Below are positions 60,570 through 64,000 of a stretch of 64,000 nt of DNA, one piece after another. The position numbers and the translations under genes are program-made. The stretch is taken from NCBI GenBank assembly GCA_051652765.1, contig JBOFUV010000034.1, positions 1-64,000 of the forward strand. Direction: 5' to 3'. Within the stretch, counting starts at the first letter, position 1; each line of letters begins with the position of its first letter. The stretch comes from Microcoleaceae cyanobacterium. GTDB taxonomy: Bacteria; Cyanobacteriota; Cyanobacteriia; Cyanobacteriales; Microcoleaceae. The notes below the pieces were generated by a model that was not told where the DNA came from, did not search any database, and saw only the letters and a list, made by a program, of their open reading frames with translations.

Positions 60570-61766
60570 CTAAGCGATGAAATCTTCTGTGATCTCGTCG
60601 CCAGCAAGGGCAACTTGTAAGCTGAAGTTAAATCCACTGTCGCACTTAAACCGGGGGAGCTGAATCATATTGTCTTGGCTCCGGGCTTCGATTGTGCTGA
60701 GCGTTTCTGCCATGTCTGATAGGAGGGAAAATCTAACATGCTTCGGTAGATGGCGACCGGTAGAGTTAGGATAAAGCTGCGCTTTAACGCCAACCCGTTC
60801 ATTGGTTTCCTTTGTGAGTTCTAGCACCAGCAAAACCTGGGTTTCCTCCAAGCTAATTGGCTTGACCTGGAGAACCTGTGGAGGATCAGCAAGGGCCGTA
60901 TTTCTGAACGAACTCAATGCAAAGCGTTCTGAACCCTGAGAAAGGCTTGACTGAAAGGCTTCCAGTGATTGCCAACCGGGCTGAACCAGGTTTTCAAACC
61001 ACCGCTGTAGATTGATGGTAGTCAACCCTTGACGCTTGCGATAGAGTCTATCTCTCCACTGGGGCTGTTCGATCAATGCTCCCCAAGTTTGAAAGGGGAT
61101 TTCCAAACGAGGAATGAGCAGTTCGGGATTCCCTAAGCGCTCAATGAGTTGATCTGCCTGAGCCTGAGACAATTGGGGAAGCGGATCGACGGCACAACGG
61201 GTTTGGGCATCCGGACAGAATTGCTGCTCGACCCAGAACACATTCAGGTCTGAGATCAAGTGATCCTGGCTCAAGCTATAGGTGCGATCGCCCGGATCAT
61301 ATTCGCCTCTAGTCTTGAGCTGAAGATGAGTGGTATAGCCCCAAGGCTTGATCCAGCCCTCATCAGGATTGACCTGCACCGCTAGATAATAATCGCCTAG
61401 CCACTCAGGAATATCAACCCACTCTTGGGGAACTCGCAGCTCCTCGGTGTCAATGGTTTCGGTCGGAATCAGAATTAATCTGCGATGTTGTCTCACTTGA
61501 GCGGGATTTTGAACGTCAAACTGAACGGCGATCCCGTTGACAACATCCCAAATTTTGGTAGAAGCATTAGTGTTTAACCAAGCTGTGGCATGAGTTGTAG
61601 GGCCTTCCTGGAGCCAGGGTAATACCGCTTGCAGGCAAAGCTGATTGAGATAGGCATTCCAGCGACTGCCATGGGTTGAACCGGACTGACTCTGTTGCCA
61701 GGATCGAGTCGTAGCGGTTGTAGACAGTTCTAGCCAGCATTCGGGGATATCAACGAGAAAGCTCAT
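60570..61766 (-). CDS. DUF1822 family protein
   Basis: WNAYLNQLCL, ELRVPQEWVDIPEWLGDYYLAVQV, WGYTTH, DNMIQL. Confidence 0.88.
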   Translation of the reverse strand: MSFLVDIPECWLELSTTATTRSWQQSQSGSTHGSRWNAYLNQLCLQAVLPWLQEGPTTHATAWLNTNASTKIWDVVNGIAVQFDVQNPAQVRQHRRLILIPTETIDTEELRVPQEWVDIPEWLGDYYLAVQVNPDEGWIKPWGYTTHLQLKTRGEYDPGDRTYSLSQDHLISDLNVFWVEQQFCPDAQTRCAVDPLPQLSQAQADQLIERLGNPELLIPRLEIPFQTWGALIEQPQWRDRLYRKRQGLTTINLQRWFENLVQPGWQSLEAFQSSLSQGSERFALSSFRNTALADPPQVLQVKPISLEETQVLLVLELTKETNERVGVKAQLYPNSTGRHLPKHVRFSLLSDMAETLSTIEARSQDNMIQLPRFKCDSGFNFSLQVALAGDEITEDFIA

Positions 61767-61891
61767 AACAAAACTCCTTTTGAGTCAGTAATTCGGATAG
61801 TTAGGCTATCCAATAAGATTGGGGTATTCAGTTGGGTGCATCTCCTTTAGTTACGTTTGAACGGTGAGGAATATGCAGTTGAGGGGAGGGG

Positions 61892-63184
61892 TCAGGAACC
61901 AGGGGTTGAGTTGTGAAGCGAATCTATGGCGTGGTTTTTCATCCATTCTTCTAACAGCAGGCTCATCTGCTGAATTGTATCAGGAGTCAAGGGAGTCTGG
62001 GTCATATCCTGACTCCACTGCACCAAGGCTTTGAGTAGGATTTCTCTGGCTTTAGTTAACCGTCGAGAAACCGTATATTGCTTGGTTTCTAGGGTTTGGG
62101 CGATTTGCTGTTGGGTACAGCCTTGCAGGTAATACAACTCCAAAAGGTGTTGCAAGTCTGGCTTCATTTTGGCGATCGCCTCCTCCAACACCTGATTCAG
62201 TTGAACCTGCTGATGATAGCGGTGTTCAATTTCTTCACCAATAATCTGGGCCGTCAGTGGATCAGGCGCAACATCCGGGATATCGATTTCGATAACCTGA
62301 GAATCATCGGGTCTTTTGGGAATCGGTTCAAGTCGAGGATAGAGGTAGGAGCGGGCCCACTTTGCACTGCTGACCAGCCATTGTTCAAGGGTCGCCGGAG
62401 GGTGATTACTCCCTGAAAAACCGGGCTGTTTGCGTCGTTCTTGGCTGTAGAGTTGGGCGATCGCTTCCCAGATTGCCCCATCGGGTTTTGCCAATTGACG
62501 CGTTCCGGTAGCCCGATCAGGGACATACACGATTTTAAAACAGTTCCAAGCGAGGAGATATTGTTCAATTTGGTTGGCACTTAACCCAGCATTTTCTAAA
62601 GATTCTCGGAAGCGCCGCTGACTCAGCTTGCGGAGTAAGGCCCAATCGCTACAAATATCAGTTTCCCGGCGTTGGCGCAAGATATCTCGAATAATCGACT
62701 TGAAGGCAACGCTGGCATAGTCTGCCAGGTTGGAACCCTGGCTAGAGTCAAATCCTTTGAGTACTCGATTGACCTGGGCGATCGCAATCTGAAACAAGTC
62801 AGCAAGGCTTGACTGAGGATTAGCAAATCCGGATTCAGATGTTTTTCGGGCTGTCCAGTAACACGTTTCTTGTAAGTAGGCAATCAGATGATTTTCTGCC
62901 AACCGTCTTTTGACAGTAGATTGATTAACCGATTCGTCAACGGATTTGTCAACGGGTGTGTTCGTAGAGTGTTCTGAGGGGGCTTCGAGTTTGAGCTGTT
63001 GTTGCCAGATTCGATGCCAGTAGAGAGACCAAAATTGCTCTGAAGTTTCAGACTTTTGCACCGTTTTGAGTTGCTGCTCCATGCTCCGATGCAACCTAGC
63101 ATCAGCCGCCCAACTGTTGAAGCGATCCTCAGCAAACTTGAGAAAAGTGGAAAAAATATCAATTAAGTTCTGTCGAGGGCGCAT
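61892..63184 (-). CDS. Sigma-70-like (HetZ-related) regulator
   Basis: HLIAYLQETCYW, region-2-like LKGFD...YA, CSDWALLRK, region-4 HTH TQQQIAQTLETKQYTVSRRL. Confidence 0.8.
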   Translation of the reverse strand: MRPRQNLIDIFSTFLKFAEDRFNSWAADARLHRSMEQQLKTVQKSETSEQFWSLYWHRIWQQQLKLEAPSEHSTNTPVDKSVDESVNQSTVKRRLAENHLIAYLQETCYWTARKTSESGFANPQSSLADLFQIAIAQVNRVLKGFDSSQGSNLADYASVAFKSIIRDILRQRRETDICSDWALLRKLSQRRFRESLENAGLSANQIEQYLLAWNCFKIVYVPDRATGTRQLAKPDGAIWEAIAQLYSQERRKQPGFSGSNHPPATLEQWLVSSAKWARSYLYPRLEPIPKRPDDSQVIEIDIPDVAPDPLTAQIIGEEIEHRYHQQVQLNQVLEEAIAKMKPDLQHLLELYYLQGCTQQQIAQTLETKQYTVSRRLTKAREILLKALVQWSQDMTQTPLTPDTIQQMSLLLEEWMKNHAIDSLHNSTPGS

Positions 63185-63300
63185 GATCTGGCTTCAGAGG
63201 GTTAATGGAACCGCTGCTTTCAGAATACAGCAGTCTTTCTTGGATTGGGAACTTTCAATTGTTAATCACTTCTGCTCCCTTTCAGGGGGTGTTGAACAGG

Positions 63301-63666
63301 TTATCTGACTATTTTTCCAATCATTAGCCCAATCAGAAAAGCTGACAACTCATAGGCCCCTGCAAGGATCAGTAACCCCAAGGTCATCGCAGCAATCCCA
63401 GCCGGAAGTGTATTTAGACTTTGATCTTGGGCGAGCATTGTTTTGTAATCATTAATTTCTTTAGTACACAGGGTTTCAGCACATTTTTCAAGAGAAATTT
63501 GTTCAGATTTCTCATAACTCTTGAGCGCACTTTTCGATGCCAGATAACCGAATAGACTCCCGAGGAGCAGTAGCAGAAACAGTTTAGCCAGGATTGCGGT
63601 TCGGGTTGATTGCTCAAATGTCAGAGTGATTTTTTTGGTCGTTTTAAGATCACTTTCTAGTGCCAT
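63301..63666 (-). CDS. Hypothetical membrane protein
   Basis: 121 aa, two hydrophobic segments, AGGAG RBS, directly downstream of mnmE. Confidence 0.65.
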   Translation of the reverse strand: MALESDLKTTKKITLTFEQSTRTAILAKLFLLLLLGSLFGYLASKSALKSYEKSEQISLEKCAETLCTKEINDYKTMLAQDQSLNTLPAGIAAMTLGLLILAGAYELSAFLIGLMIGKIVR

Positions 63667-63689
63667 AAGTCGATTCTCCTATTAAAGCT

Positions 63690-64000
63690 TTATTTGCCAA
63701 TACAAAATTTACTAAAAATCCGATCCAAGATAGATTCTGTGACTTCTTCCCCAGTTACTTCCCCTAACGCATGAATTGCACCTCGGAGATCAATTGTCCA
63801 AAAATCAAAGGGTAGTCCTTCTTCAATCGTGATCTGAACCTGCTCCAAGGCCAGTTGTGCACGGGTTAATGCTTCAGCTTGTCGTTGATTAATCGCGATT
63901 TCTAAATTGGCCGCTTGCAAATTACCCCCATGAACGGCCTGAAGAATTGCGGCTTCCAACTCCGAAATTCCTTGATTTAGAGCCGCAGCCGTTAACACAA
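63690..64000 (-). CDS. mnmE: tRNA modification GTPase MnmE (C-terminal part; start outside the window)
   Basis: [27 protein letters not shown]. Confidence 0.97.
   Translation of the reverse strand, partial: VLTAAALNQGISELEAAILQAVHGGNLQAANLEIAINQRQAEALTRAQLALEQVQITIEEGLPFDFWTIDLRGAIHALGEVTGEEVTESILDRIFSKFCIGK

Overview
Chromosomal window from a cyanobacterium. Evidence: many HIP1 octamers (GCGATCGC) plus ycf3, cruF, cytM and a PSII S4-domain gene; the gene content suggests a filamentous Oscillatoriales-like strain (inference). The backbone is housekeeping: a partial Sfp/HetI-type PPTase, gatC, ycf3, cobB, codA, rsmD, hisH, ruvX, cruF, recA, hslO, ppsA, uvrC, argJ, cytM, tRNA-Ala(GGC), prmA, serA, cbiD, guaA and partial mnmE. 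An AT-richer, about 18.6 kb, 16-gene minus-strand glycan cluster (15.8-34.4 kb) sits between cruF and recA. It holds 9-10 glycosyltransferases, a Wzy-like membrane protein, three methyltransferases, an acyltransferase and a 2OG-Fe(II) dioxygenase. The most notable unexplained items are: an orphan two-TM HerA/FtsK/VirD4-like ATPase next to a small MITE; a sigma-70-like/DUF1822 pair; a Yfr2-like RNA motif in a gene leader; a shared HLR1-like motif upstream of three genes; a family of eroded MITE-like repeats; and pervasive 10-15 bp tandem duplications, several overlapping stop or start codons. No CRISPR array, rRNA, transposase or integrase was seen. All calls come from reading the sequence; no database searches were run.
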